A DNA stretch of 32,000 bases from contig CAKUIA010000003.1 of the NCBI GenBank assembly GCA_934660865.1, forward strand, positions 89,703 to 121,702. Reading direction: 5' to 3'. A model generated the notes under the pieces. That model did no database searches, was not told where the DNA came from, and saw nothing but the letters and a program-made list of their open reading frames with translations. Positions 7,625 through 16,815 of the stretch are shown piece after piece. The stretch is from an uncultured Opitutales bacterium (lineage in GTDB: Bacteria > Verrucomicrobiota > Verrucomicrobiia > Opitutales > Intestinicryptomonadaceae). The position numbers and the translations under genes were made by a program. Within the stretch, counting starts at the first letter, position 1. Each line of letters begins with the position of its first letter.

Positions 7625-9811
7625 ATGAATGCCCCAATCGAAAATCTGTGCGGAATTTACATTACGCCGCAATGTGAGGCCGAGATTTGCACGGCAAACC
7701 CCGACGGTTCGCGCGCCTACGGCAATGCGGGCTTTGCCCCCTTTTTGTGGGTAAACGCAAACGACGCAATCGACACAAAAAACGCCGCACTGCAGCCCCT
7801 AAACGGCGCGGTAAACTCGTATCTAGATACCATTGCTACTTTCGACGAAATAGGGCACTACGAAGCGTTTGTAAAAAACAACAAATATTCTTCCTTTAGG
7901 CTGGCGAATTTGGAAAACCAGTTTTTAACCGAAAATTGCACAAGGTTTTTTTCGGGTATGAAGTTTTCGCAGTTGCGCCGCATGCAGCTAGACATTGAAA
8001 CCGACTGCACGGGCGATTTTTCGAACCCCGAAAACCCTTTGGACAGGGTTTTGGCTATAGGCATTTCGTGCAACGGCAAAACAAAGATTTTGGAGCTTGC
8101 CGAATTTTCGGACAATGCCGAGCGCGAACTTTTAGCCGAGCTAAACAAAGTTTTTGCCGAGTTCGACCCCGACGTTATAGAGGGCCACAACATATTCAAG
8201 TTCGACTTGGATTATTTGTATAAAAGGTGCAAGCTTTTAAAGGTAAAGCCGCTATGGGGCAGGTTTGGAGGGGCAGTAAAAACCCGAAAAAGCAGGGTAG
8301 GCATTGCCGAGCGCACCTTCGATTTCCCTCGCTTCGACATAGCGGGGCGCAGCGTTGCCGACACCTATATTTTGCTGCAAATGTTCGATGTTTCCAAGCG
8401 CGAGTTGGAGTCTTATTCGCTTAAAAACGCAGCATTGTATTTCGGCATTAGCAAAGAAAGCCAAAGAACCTATATAGAGGGTGCGCACATAAAAGACGCC
8501 TTTGGCAACGACAGGGAAAGCTTTAGAAAATATCTTTTAGACGATCTGCGCGAAACAAAAGGTTTGGCCGATTTATTGTTGCCCACCTATTTTGCCCAGT
8601 GCGCAAATTTCCCCATGACATTTCAGGAATGTATGCTTAGGGGTTCGGGCGTAAAGGTAGAGGCTTTGCTGCTTGAAAAATACTACTTAGCATCGGCAAA
8701 GCTGCCCGATATGGCGCAACAAAGCTACATTTCGGGGGCGATGTCGGAGATTTTCGAAAAGGGCGTTTTTAAGGACGTTTTGCACTACGACATTGCGTCG
8801 CTATACCCGAGTTTGCTGCTTTCGATAAACACGCCGCCTGCAAACGACTATTTGAACGTGTTTTTAAGCAGTTTGGCCGAGCTTAGGCAATACAGGCTAA
8901 AATACAAAAAGCTTGCAAAAGACACCGCCGACAAAGACCTTAAAACCGAATACGACGCGCGCCAAAAAAGCTACAAGATTTTGATAAACTCGTTTTACGG
9001 GTATTTGGGGCTTTCGAGCGCGCGCTTTGGCGACTGCGCCTTGGCCGACAAAATTACGTCTACTGGCAGGCGTTTGCTGGGCGACTTAATTGCTCTTTTT
9101 AAAGCCAAAGGCTGCCTTATATTGGAGGTAGACACCGACGGTATTTACCTTTCGAACGGCGAATATTTTGCCAACCCCGAAAAGCTTTTACAGGCGTCGC
9201 GCAGCGTTTTGCCTGACGGCGTAAGTTTGGAGCACGACGGCAGCTTTGGCGCAATGTTTTGCTACAAGGCAAAAAACTACGCCTTGCTCGACAGCCAAAG
9301 CGGAAAAATATCCGTTAAGGGTTCGGCGTTAAAGAGCAGGGCAATGGAGCCGTTTTTGAGAATGCTTACAAACGACTTTGTATCTATAATGCTCGGCGCA
9401 AAAAAGGGCGATATGAAAGCCATTATTGCCGATATTTCCGAAAAAATAAAAAGCGGCACATGCGATGTTTCGCTTTTGGCAAAGTCGGAATATTTAACGG
9501 GCTCGCTTGCAAACTATTTAAGGGAGGTGCAGACAAACAAAAAGCCCAAAAGGGCGGCATATCAGGCGGCGTTAATGCTTGCCGTGCCTCCGCATACGGG
9601 CGAAAAGGTTTTATACTACATAACAGAATCGCAAAAACGCCAGCCCGACTGGAAAAACGCGCGTCCCGTAGAGTTGTACGACGCGGAAAACTATCCCTAT
9701 TCGAAAAGCTATTATTTGGACAAACTTGACGATTGGATTAAAAGATACTCGGAATTTTTGGGAGGCTTAAAACCCGAAAATTGCGCTCCCGAACAGATGG
9801 AGCTTTTTTAG
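7625..9811 (+). CDS. polB: family B DNA polymerase (Pol II-like)
   Basis: 728 aa. Exonuclease motifs LDIETDC and GHNIFKFDLDYL. Polymerase motif A DIASLYPSLL, motif B KILINSFYGYLG, motif C ILEVDTDGIY. Confidence 0.9.
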   Translation: MNAPIENLCGIYITPQCEAEICTANPDGSRAYGNAGFAPFLWVNANDAIDTKNAALQPLNGAVNSYLDTIATFDEIGHYEAFVKNNKYSSFRLANLENQFLTENCTRFFSGMKFSQLRRMQLDIETDCTGDFSNPENPLDRVLAIGISCNGKTKILELAEFSDNAERELLAELNKVFAEFDPDVIEGHNIFKFDLDYLYKRCKLLKVKPLWGRFGGAVKTRKSRVGIAERTFDFPRFDIAGRSVADTYILLQMFDVSKRELESYSLKNAALYFGISKESQRTYIEGAHIKDAFGNDRESFRKYLLDDLRETKGLADLLLPTYFAQCANFPMTFQECMLRGSGVKVEALLLEKYYLASAKLPDMAQQSYISGAMSEIFEKGVFKDVLHYDIASLYPSLLLSINTPPANDYLNVFLSSLAELRQYRLKYKKLAKDTADKDLKTEYDARQKSYKILINSFYGYLGLSSARFGDCALADKITSTGRRLLGDLIALFKAKGCLILEVDTDGIYLSNGEYFANPEKLLQASRSVLPDGVSLEHDGSFGAMFCYKAKNYALLDSQSGKISVKGSALKSRAMEPFLRMLTNDFVSIMLGAKKGDMKAIIADISEKIKSGTCDVSLLAKSEYLTGSLANYLREVQTNKKPKRAAYQAALMLAVPPHTGEKVLYYITESQKRQPDWKNARPVELYDAENYPYSKSYYLDKLDDWIKRYSEFLGGLKPENCAPEQMELF

Positions 9812-9838
9812 CCCTTTTTGCGGTCGGCAAAGCTAAAA

Positions 9839-10120
9839 TCAGCGTTCTATAATGCCCAAATATTCTTCCACCATGGCGTCTCTTTTGGGGCGCATGGGCG
9901 TCATATACGGCATTTGGCGGTGGCTTTGGTAGGCGGCTTCGTCTACATACTCTTCCACAAACATAAATTCCCTGTCGTTGCGCGTGTTCCTAAAAATGTC
10001 GTACCTAATGCAGCCCGCCTCCTTTCTAGTTTCGTCTACAATTTTGTTGAACAGCCCGAAAAATTCGTTTTCCATGCCGTCTTTTATTCTAAGCGATGCC
10101 AATATAAGTTTTGTAGCCAT
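9839..10120 (-). CDS. antibiotic biosynthesis monooxygenase (ABM) domain protein
   Basis: 93 aa. Pattern ...LRIKDG..NEF...F.KIVDETRKEAGCIRYDIF.......EFMFVEEYVDEAAYQSH is typical of the ferredoxin-like ABM/YgiN fold family. Confidence 0.7.
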   Translation of the reverse strand: MATKLILASLRIKDGMENEFFGLFNKIVDETRKEAGCIRYDIFRNTRNDREFMFVEEYVDEAAYQSHRQMPYMTPMRPKRDAMVEEYLGIIER

Positions 10121-10200
10121 AGTTTGTATTTATCTTTTCCCAGTCTTTTTTGCGGCACAAATTTGTCAAGTTATATAAAAAAGTTCCGATATGGTTTTTG

Positions 10201-10833
10201 ATGAAATACAAAGTAATAGAACTTCCCTACAAATACAACCAGTTGGAGCCGTATCTCGACGAAAGAACGGTGAAAACCCATTACGAAAAGCACCATTTTG
10301 CCTATGCCGAAAAGCTGGACGCGGCCCTGCAGACTATGCCCGAATTTAGGACGCCCAACACTGTAAGAGAGCTTTTGGGCAATTTAAGCGACATTCCCGA
10401 AAGGATTAGAACGGCGGTGCGCAACAACGCAGGAGGGCTGTTTAACCACAATTTTTACTGGCTTTCGCTGACGCCGAAAAAGGCGGCAATCCCCGAAGAT
10501 TTGGATATAAAAATAAAGGCTTCGTTCGGCGATATGGATGGCTTTAAAACCATGTTCGAAACTTCGGCAATGTCGCTGTTCGGAAGCGGGTGGACATGGC
10601 TTTGCCTGAATAAAAGCGGGCTGCTTGAAATTGTAAACACGCAAAACCAGGACAGCGTTATTACCCGAAATTTTTACGACGACCTAACGCCACTGCTTTG
10701 CGCCGATTTATGGGAGCATGCCTATTATCTGGAATACCAAAACCGCCGTGCCGACTACCTGAGGGCGTTTTGGCATATTGTAGACTGGCAAAGGGTGGCG
10801 CTGCGAATGCAAATGCCCGTTGCCGTAAACTAA
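10201..10833 (+). CDS. sodA: Fe/Mn-family superoxide dismutase with Mn-type signature residues
   Basis: Start taken at MKYKVIELPYKYNQLEPYLD (ATG 10201) rather than the track start 10150. Motifs THYEKHH, NNAGGLFNHNFYW, QNQD and DLWEHAYYLEYQNRRADYL. The GG and NQD residues favour a Mn or cambialistic type. The metal assignment is an inference. Confidence 0.85.
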   Translation: MKYKVIELPYKYNQLEPYLDERTVKTHYEKHHFAYAEKLDAALQTMPEFRTPNTVRELLGNLSDIPERIRTAVRNNAGGLFNHNFYWLSLTPKKAAIPEDLDIKIKASFGDMDGFKTMFETSAMSLFGSGWTWLCLNKSGLLEIVNTQNQDSVITRNFYDDLTPLLCADLWEHAYYLEYQNRRADYLRAFWHIVDWQRVALRMQMPVAVN

Positions 10834-10863
10834 GGCGGCTTTTAACCGGAATTTTGCAGACAA

Positions 10864-10889
10864 AAAAGGCGGCATTTTTGCCGCCTTTT
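10864..10889. terminator. rho-independent terminator, bidirectional, between convergent sod and purE
   Basis: Stem AAAAGGCGGC/GCCGCCTTTT with loop ATTTTT. The A/T runs are part of the stem flanks on both strands. Confidence 0.7.
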
Positions 10890-10912
10890 AGCATTTGTTT
10901 TTGCGCAAAAAC

Positions 10913-11407
10913 CTATTCTTCGGGGAACTTTGCGTTTAAGACGTCCTGCGTTTGTTTGGCTCTGAATTTTGCCAAAGTTTCGGCCTTTTGCGTGTCCGAC
11001 AAAGCCAGGATTTGTAGCGCGCCTACGGCGGCGTTTACGGCTCCCGCCTTGCCTATTGCAAGGGTAAATACAGGCATTCCCTTGGGCATTTGCACGGTGG
11101 AAAGCAGCGAATCCAAACCGTCTAAAGCCCAGCCTTTCATAGGCACGCCTATAATGGGCAATGCAGTTTGCGAGGCAAGCACGCCCGCCAAATGCGCCGC
11201 GCCGCCCGCTGCCGCAATTACAACCTTAACGCCTCTTTTTGCCGCGTTTGCCGCCAATTCGGCCGCCAAAGCGGGCGTTCTGTGCGCCGAGGCTATGTGT
11301 TTTTCGTACGAAATTTTAAATTCGTCGAGTTTTTTTGCGCATTCCTTCATGGTGTCCCAATCGCTTGCGCTGCCCATTATTACCAGTACTTCGGGGTTTT
11401 TATCCAT
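10913..11407 (-). CDS. purE: N5-carboxyaminoimidazole ribonucleotide mutase
   Basis: 164 aa. VIMGSASDWDTM, SAHRTP and AAGGAAHLAGV motifs. Confidence 0.9.
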   Translation of the reverse strand: MDKNPEVLVIMGSASDWDTMKECAKKLDEFKISYEKHIASAHRTPALAAELAANAAKRGVKVVIAAAGGAAHLAGVLASQTALPIIGVPMKGWALDGLDSLLSTVQMPKGMPVFTLAIGKAGAVNAAVGALQILALSDTQKAETLAKFRAKQTQDVLNAKFPEE

Positions 11408-11435
11408 AGTGTTTTTTTGTTGTGTTAGAAAGTTT

Positions 11436-12116
11436 TTAGGGGCTTACTATAATTTTGTACGTTCCCTTTTCGAGGCTTTCGGTGCCCGAAATGTTGTTTA
11501 ACGACTTTTGTATTTCTGCGTCGAGTTCGCTGTTTGCCGTTCCGCCCGATATTGCCGAAATTTCGGTCTGTCCGAATTCGTCTACAACAACAAACGCCTC
11601 TATTGGCGCAAACAGCCTTTTGTTGTTGTTTATTTTCATATATTTTTTTTGCAGGCTTTTGCCGTTTGCCAAGTCGAATATTTCGAACGAAACGGGGGTG
11701 TCGGCGGGCGAGCCCTCCTTTTCGGCGGTGTTGGCGAAAACCGAAAACAGCTGTTGCGCACCCGAATACATCGCGCTTTTTTCGCTTGTTTTGTCCGACT
11801 TCGGGCGCGATATTACGGCCCCTTTGTAGTCGAGCTTAAGCGATTTGTCGTCTAGCGGAATTTCGAAATCGAAGCGCTCTTTTACGGGCGAAATTTTATT
11901 GTTTAGGCTTGTAGACAAAAACAGCGGGGCTGCGTCGTACATCTTTATTTGCTCGTAGCGTATTTGGTTGTTTTCGTCTATTATGGAGACAAAAGGGGCG
12001 TCGTTTGCGGTTTGCCGGGTGTCGGGGCTTATTTTGGGAAAGCACAGCACGAGGGCCAGACTTGCCGAAAGCCCGAACAATGCCGAAAGTGCCCAAATGC
12101 CAGCCGACGTTTTCAT
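11436..12116 (-). CDS. hypothetical N-terminally membrane-anchored protein, last gene of the ExbB/ExbD-like module
   Basis: 226 aa. Single N-terminal hydrophobic helix. ATGA overlap with the exbD-like stop. It sits where a TonB/TolA-like partner would be expected but has no Pro-rich linker or recognisable TonB C-terminal motif. Confidence 0.6.
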   Translation of the reverse strand: MKTSAGIWALSALFGLSASLALVLCFPKISPDTRQTANDAPFVSIIDENNQIRYEQIKMYDAAPLFLSTSLNNKISPVKERFDFEIPLDDKSLKLDYKGAVISRPKSDKTSEKSAMYSGAQQLFSVFANTAEKEGSPADTPVSFEIFDLANGKSLQKKYMKINNNKRLFAPIEAFVVVDEFGQTEISAISGGTANSELDAEIQKSLNNISGTESLEKGTYKIIVSP

Positions 12117-12589
12117 TTTGTTTCTTTTTCGGGGCAGGCCGCAATTTGCACGCTTTTAAGCCCCGCATTTTTCGCCGCAGCGCAAACGTCTATTATGGTT
12201 TGCGCATCGCAGTTTTTGTCGGTTTTAAGCAGCAAAGTTTGGTTTTTAAGCAAATCGCCCTTGTCTTTTAATATTTTCTTGAAGGCTTCGAAAGTGTTTA
12301 TTTTGCCGTCGAATATAAACATATTTTTGCCCTGTATGTGCAAAACAACGGCGTCGTAGTTGCATAAAACGGCGCTGTTGGCGTTCATTGTGGGCATTTT
12401 AGGCTCGCCGTTTAAGTCTATGCCAAGCCCGGGGGCAAGTATGAATTTAGACGACAGGGCCATAAACATAATGGTAACTAAAGCCACGTCTATCAGCGCC
12501 GCTCCGTTTAGCGAAATGCCCTCTTTTTCCACTTTCGAAAGCAGGTCTATGCCCCAAAAGCCGCCGCTATTGTTTGTCGTTTTTTGCAT
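12113..12589 (-). CDS. biopolymer transport protein, ExbD/TolR family
   Basis: 158 aa. Single TM helix with LIDVALVTIMFMAL and a periplasmic domain. Follows the MotA/TolQ/ExbB gene. Confidence 0.8.
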   Translation of the reverse strand: MQKTTNNSGGFWGIDLLSKVEKEGISLNGAALIDVALVTIMFMALSSKFILAPGLGIDLNGEPKMPTMNANSAVLCNYDAVVLHIQGKNMFIFDGKINTFEAFKKILKDKGDLLKNQTLLLKTDKNCDAQTIIDVCAAAKNAGLKSVQIAACPEKETK

Positions 12590-13241
12590 TGCTGTCGCCG
12601 TCTAGATATATGTTTTCGTTTTGCGGCATACCTTTGGCTATAAACAATATAAGCTCTGCCGAAGCCCATTCCATATCGTGTATTATAGCCCTCATTTTGC
12701 CGTGCAAAACGTTGTAGAAAAGCCAGAATATAACAAAAAACATAAGCCCTACGGCGGTGCTTATAAGGGCGTTGTATATCTGCCCCGAAAACAGGGTAAT
12801 GTCGGCATAAGGGCCGCTATGGCGCATAATCTGAAAGCACTTAAGCATTGCAAGAACCGTTCCGATAAGCCCTATTATGGGCGACAGCTTTGCTATTAGC
12901 GCCAAACTGGGTATACGCCTTTGCAAAAGGGGTATTTCCAACAAGCCCGCGCTTAGGGCGGCCTGACGCATTTCGTCGGGCGTGCGCTCGCAGTGCAGCA
13001 AAACAGCCTTTACTATTCTTGCCACCGGCCCCGGGGCCTCGTTGCAAATTGTCAGGGCCTCTATAAGCCTTTTGTTTTTCAGCGCGCTTTTTATGCCCGT
13101 TAAAAATTCTACGGCCTTAATCTGCCCCTTGTGCAAATACAGCATTCTTTCGGCAAATATAACGAAGCCCGCAAACGCCAATATCAAAAGCGGAATCATT
13201 ACAGGCCCGCCCAGTTGCATTGTTTTTATAATGTCGCCCAT
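12567..13241 (-). CDS. MotA/TolQ/ExbB proton-channel family protein
   Basis: 224 aa. Three predicted TM segments with a family-typical C-terminal region (..IGLIGTVLAMLKCF.......ISTAVGLMF..). Its start shares one nt with the stop of the upstream TPR gene (TAATG). Confidence 0.85.
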   Translation of the reverse strand: MGDIIKTMQLGGPVMIPLLILAFAGFVIFAERMLYLHKGQIKAVEFLTGIKSALKNKRLIEALTICNEAPGPVARIVKAVLLHCERTPDEMRQAALSAGLLEIPLLQRRIPSLALIAKLSPIIGLIGTVLAMLKCFQIMRHSGPYADITLFSGQIYNALISTAVGLMFFVIFWLFYNVLHGKMRAIIHDMEWASAELILFIAKGMPQNENIYLDGDSNAKNDKQ

Positions 13242-15796
13242 TAGTTTGTCCTTTGAAGTCTTATTTTTGCCTCGCCGCTTCCGGGGAGGTTTTTTTCTAT
13301 CAGCAAATCGTAAATTTTGCGCGCCTGTGCCGGCGATTTGTCGGCGTCGAACGAGCGCGCCAAATACAGCAGCGAGCGGCCTATCCAGTAATCGGCCTTG
13401 CCGTTGCTTTCGCCGTTTTTAAGCAGTTCGTTGGCCGCAATCCACCAAACTTCGCGCGCCTCCTTTTTGCGGCCTACTCTGTCTAGCGCAAAGCCTAGCT
13501 TAAACGCAGCCTCGGCCCTTATGTCGGTTTTTGCCGACGGGGTTGCCCAAAGCTTTTCGTAGTATATTGCCGCTTCCGACTCCCTGTTTTGCTGCGCCAA
13601 ATACGTGTCGGCCAAACCCAGTTTTGCCGTGTCTATTTCGGGGTTGTTGGCGTATTTGTTGATTATGTCTAAATAAAGGTTTTTGGCCTCGTTAAACGCG
13701 TTTAACAGGCGCATTGTTTCGCACTGGAAAATCCTTGCATGGAAAGCCAGCGGGTTGTCGGGGAATTTTTCGCAAAGCTTGTCGAGCAGCAACAACGCGT
13801 TTTTGTACGACGATTCCGCCTGCGTTTTAACATAGTATTGCGCCGCCTGGTAAAGTGCGTAGGGCGCATATTCCGAGTCGGGATTTGAGTTGAACAGCTC
13901 TTCGCAAAGCGAAGCCGCCTTAAGGTAGTTGCCATCCTTTGCGAAAATGTTGGCCTCGCTTATGTATGAAGCCAACGCCGCCTTTGTTTTTGGGAAAACA
14001 TGGCGCAGGTTTTCGAGAACCGCATACGCCCCGTTTTCGCCCGAAATTTTGCCCTCAAGCGACAGGGCCTTGCCCTTTAAAAGCATTGTGTTGCTCGAAA
14101 TCAGAATCTTTAGCGACATATATTCGTCGGGCAGGTTTTCGGCCTTTTGCAGAATTTCGTCGCAAAGCGAAATGCACTCGTCTTTCTTTGCGTTTTCAAA
14201 GCAAAGCATTGCCTTTGCCCACAGCATTCTTACCTGCAAAATTCCGTCAGAATTTACAATCGACGCCTTTATAAAGTGCTCCAGCATTTTAAGGGCGTCC
14301 ATATAGCGGCCGTCTTTTTTGTAGGCGTTAATAAGGTTCCACTGCGAAGCCCAAATGTCGTCGGCCGAAATGTTGCGCTCGGCAACGGCGTCGTCTATAA
14401 GGCGGCACGCCTCGTCTACCTTGCCCGTTTTTATAAGGCAGTCTACAAGGCGGTTTAGCATGGTTCCCCTAAAGCGTTCAAGATTTTTGTTTTTGTAGAG
14501 ATTTTGGTACGAAATTCTCGCAATTTCGTAGTCGCCCTCGAGATACAGGCAGTCGGCCGCCATCAGCTTTATTTCGGCGGCCTTTTTTTCGCTTTTAGTC
14601 ATCGAGGCCATTTTTTCCAAATACTTGCCCGCCTGCGCGTATTGCGGGGCTTCGTTTTCCGACGAAAACGCGCTCCACGCCAAAACCCCCAATGCGTTTT
14701 CCGCATAAATCGAAGCGGGGTACGACGTTAAAAGTTCGTTTGCAAGCTGTACCGCCTTGTCGGTATTGCCCAAGTCTAAATTGATGTGCGCGCATTCCAA
14801 AATAATCCTGTCCCTTAGGGGGCAGTTCGGCTTTTCTAGAACAAGCAAAAGCTCTTTTAGCAGCGCCGCCTTGTCTTGCAGCGAATTTTTAAGCAAAAGA
14901 AGCGCCGTTTCCATATCCGAAACCGACTTTGTTTTCGAAATCAGCGCCGACAGCCTTGCGCGTTTTGCGTCGGGCGCGTCGGAATCCATTATTGCCAGCA
15001 AAAGCGAAAAATCGTCGTATACGATTTCGGGGAGCAGGGGGATATCCAGCTGTTCCTGCAATACGGCCTTTGCCTGCTCTTTTTTGCCCATGGCAAAAAG
15101 GGCAATGGCGTATTCCTTTGCAAGCAAAAAGCCGTCTTCTATGTTTTTGTTCAGGTTTATTTTATCGCGCAAAGAGGCCGCAATTACCTTCAGCTCTTCG
15201 GGGTTTTTTGCAAGCTGTATTTCGCATTCGTATATGTTTGCCTGGGCGGCGGTTATAACGATGTCGTTCGACGAATTTTTTTTGGCGGTTTCGAAAAACG
15301 ATTTCGCCTCGTCGAGCCTGCCCGAAAGCTTGCTTGCCAAGCCCCTGCACAAAAAATACCAGCTTGCCTCGTTCGGCGAAAGCGTTGCAACATTGCATTT
15401 CGACAAAAAGTTTTGGGCCAAATCCAGCCTGTTTTTGTATAGGGCAAGCACGGCCCTTCTAAGGTACATTTTGCCCGTAGTGTCGCCGTCGAAGTCTGCC
15501 ATAAGCTTTTCGGCGGCGTCGGATTTGTCCTGCCCCAAAAGCGAGTCTATCAAAACAAGCTTTATTTCGGCGTTGTCGGTTAGCGACTGGTCTTCGAGCA
15601 GCTTTTCGCAAATATTTTGCGCCAGCTTCGGAAGCCCGTTTTCTAGCGCCGCCTTTGCGGCGGCCGCCTTTACCTTTTGCAATGTGCCCATTTGCGCGGG
15701 CGCGTCGGTCAAAGGCGGCGTTTTTGTTTTTGCATGCGCAAATGTGCACGCGAAAACCAACGCTAAAAACGGCACTGCAAACCTTAAAATAAACAT
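13241..15796 (-). CDS. large secreted tetratricopeptide-repeat (TPR) protein
   Basis: 851 aa. Signal peptide MFILRFAVPFLALVFACTFAHA. Many A/Y/L-patterned 34-residue-like helical repeats throughout. Confidence 0.8.
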   Translation of the reverse strand: MFILRFAVPFLALVFACTFAHAKTKTPPLTDAPAQMGTLQKVKAAAAKAALENGLPKLAQNICEKLLEDQSLTDNAEIKLVLIDSLLGQDKSDAAEKLMADFDGDTTGKMYLRRAVLALYKNRLDLAQNFLSKCNVATLSPNEASWYFLCRGLASKLSGRLDEAKSFFETAKKNSSNDIVITAAQANIYECEIQLAKNPEELKVIAASLRDKINLNKNIEDGFLLAKEYAIALFAMGKKEQAKAVLQEQLDIPLLPEIVYDDFSLLLAIMDSDAPDAKRARLSALISKTKSVSDMETALLLLKNSLQDKAALLKELLLVLEKPNCPLRDRIILECAHINLDLGNTDKAVQLANELLTSYPASIYAENALGVLAWSAFSSENEAPQYAQAGKYLEKMASMTKSEKKAAEIKLMAADCLYLEGDYEIARISYQNLYKNKNLERFRGTMLNRLVDCLIKTGKVDEACRLIDDAVAERNISADDIWASQWNLINAYKKDGRYMDALKMLEHFIKASIVNSDGILQVRMLWAKAMLCFENAKKDECISLCDEILQKAENLPDEYMSLKILISSNTMLLKGKALSLEGKISGENGAYAVLENLRHVFPKTKAALASYISEANIFAKDGNYLKAASLCEELFNSNPDSEYAPYALYQAAQYYVKTQAESSYKNALLLLDKLCEKFPDNPLAFHARIFQCETMRLLNAFNEAKNLYLDIINKYANNPEIDTAKLGLADTYLAQQNRESEAAIYYEKLWATPSAKTDIRAEAAFKLGFALDRVGRKKEAREVWWIAANELLKNGESNGKADYWIGRSLLYLARSFDADKSPAQARKIYDLLIEKNLPGSGEAKIRLQRTN

Positions 15797-15864
15797 AACG
15801 CCAAATCTAACAAAGGGGGTGTTTATTGCAACAAAATATTGCTGCCAAAAAACGGCGTTTTAGC

Positions 15865-16506
15865 CTAAAGCTTTTTAACTAAAATGCTCTTTGCGTCTGA
15901 CTTTTTTACCGCAAGCTCGGCGTTGCCTATCTTAAGCAAAATTCTGCCGTCGAAATCGCAGTTTAATATTTTTATTTGGTCGCCCTCCGAGATTTTAAGG
16001 GTTTTGTCGGGCGTTTTTACCACAACGGCCTTTTCGTTCTCCTTTAAAGAGCAAAGCTGCTGTTTGTTGGGGCAGCTTTTGTCGCATACATCGTTTGCCG
16101 CGCATGCGGCGCACTGGTTTGCGTTTTTTATGAAAAGAACAAGCCTTTCCATAAGGTCGTCGTCTAGCGAGTGCTCCATTTCGCAGGCGGCCAAATTCGC
16201 CTTTTTGGAATCGGCCCCCAAAATGTTTTCAAAAAAGTCCTTTAAAACGCGGTGTTTCGAGCTTATGTTGTCGGCAACGCTGGCGCCCTTTTCGGTGAGG
16301 GTAACGGGGCGGTATTTTTCGTATTCAATGTAGCCCTTTTTAAGCAGCGTGTTAAGCGCGCTTGTAACCGACGGCTTTTTTACGCGCATAAATTCGGCAA
16401 TTTCGCTTGGGTGCGCGTGCCCCTGCGTTTGCGACAGCCACGAAATGGCCTCAAGATAGTCCTCCAAGTTTGAGGACAAAACACCGTCTTTTATATTTTT
16501 TTCCAC
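15865..16506 (-). CDS. DtxR/MntR-family metal-dependent transcriptional regulator with C-terminal FeoA/SH3-like domain
   Basis: 213 aa, GTG start. DYLEAI...PSEIAEFMRVKKPSVTSALNTLLKKGYIEYEKYRPVTLTEKG...HRVLKDFF is the DtxR winged-helix plus dimerisation pattern. There is a Cys-rich linker, and the C-terminus looks FeoA-like. Confidence 0.85.
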   Translation of the reverse strand: MEKNIKDGVLSSNLEDYLEAISWLSQTQGHAHPSEIAEFMRVKKPSVTSALNTLLKKGYIEYEKYRPVTLTEKGASVADNISSKHRVLKDFFENILGADSKKANLAACEMEHSLDDDLMERLVLFIKNANQCAACAANDVCDKSCPNKQQLCSLKENEKAVVVKTPDKTLKISEGDQIKILNCDFDGRILLKIGNAELAVKKSDAKSILVKKL

Positions 16507-16516
16507 GCCGTTAATG

Positions 16517-16530
16517 CTAATGCAAATTAG
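16517..16530. promoter_or_regulatory. palindrome CTAATGCAAATTAG just upstream of the dtxR-family start codon (possible operator)
   Basis: CTAAT-N4-ATTAG inverted repeat 11 nt from the GTG start. It has no close match to the DtxR or MntR box as I remember them, so this is speculative. Confidence 0.2.
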
Positions 16531-16550
16531 TCGGTTCGGTCAAAACAAAT

Positions 16551-16814
16551 TTAAAGTTTATAGTAATTGCCCGAAATTTTGTCTTTTTGCAGAACCTCAA
16601 AGCCCTTTTTCTTTATGTAGTCTATATTCGAAAGCTTGTCTTGCCTGCCTTTTGTATATTCGGAATTTATGTTTACCCTTGAATATATGCGGCGCACTTT
16701 TTTGCCGTTTTCGGGGTGGCGGGTAAGGGCGGGGGTGTCTATAGACTGTTCTGCCTCGAAGATTTCGCCGTCGGAGCCGTCGGGCTCTACAACCTGATAT
16801 GTATATATTGGCAT
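16551..16814 (-). CDS. FmdB-like small protein lacking the zinc-ribbon cysteines
   Basis: 87 aa. The N-terminus MPIYTYQVVEPDGSDGEIFEAEQS...HPENGKKVRRI parallels the FmdB pattern MPIY.Y.C..CG..FE....(CP.CG)...R but contains no Cys. Confidence 0.5.
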   Translation of the reverse strand: MPIYTYQVVEPDGSDGEIFEAEQSIDTPALTRHPENGKKVRRIYSRVNINSEYTKGRQDKLSNIDYIKKKGFEVLQKDKISGNYYKL

Positions 16815-16815
16815 T

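Noticed and set aside
7625-9811. PolB as the core of a casposon or pipolin
   Set aside because: No Cas1 gene, adjacent recombinase or terminal inverted repeats were seen. Motif C is the canonical DTD, and both flanks are housekeeping genes.
10698-11501. 267-aa ORF on the plus strand
   Set aside because: It is antisense to purE. It is an Ala/Cys/Phe-rich low-complexity translation typical of a shadow frame.
12113-13241. MotA/ExbB-ExbD pair as a Zorya-type defence motor
   Set aside because: The sizes (224 and 158 aa) and sequences are those of ordinary ExbB/ExbD. There is no long ZorA-like tail, and no ZorC/D-like helicase or nuclease genes.
14757-15863. 368-aa ORF on the plus strand
   Set aside because: It is antisense to the TPR gene. 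It is a Ser/Ala/Phe-rich low-complexity product. The minus-strand frame has a signal peptide and TPR periodicity.
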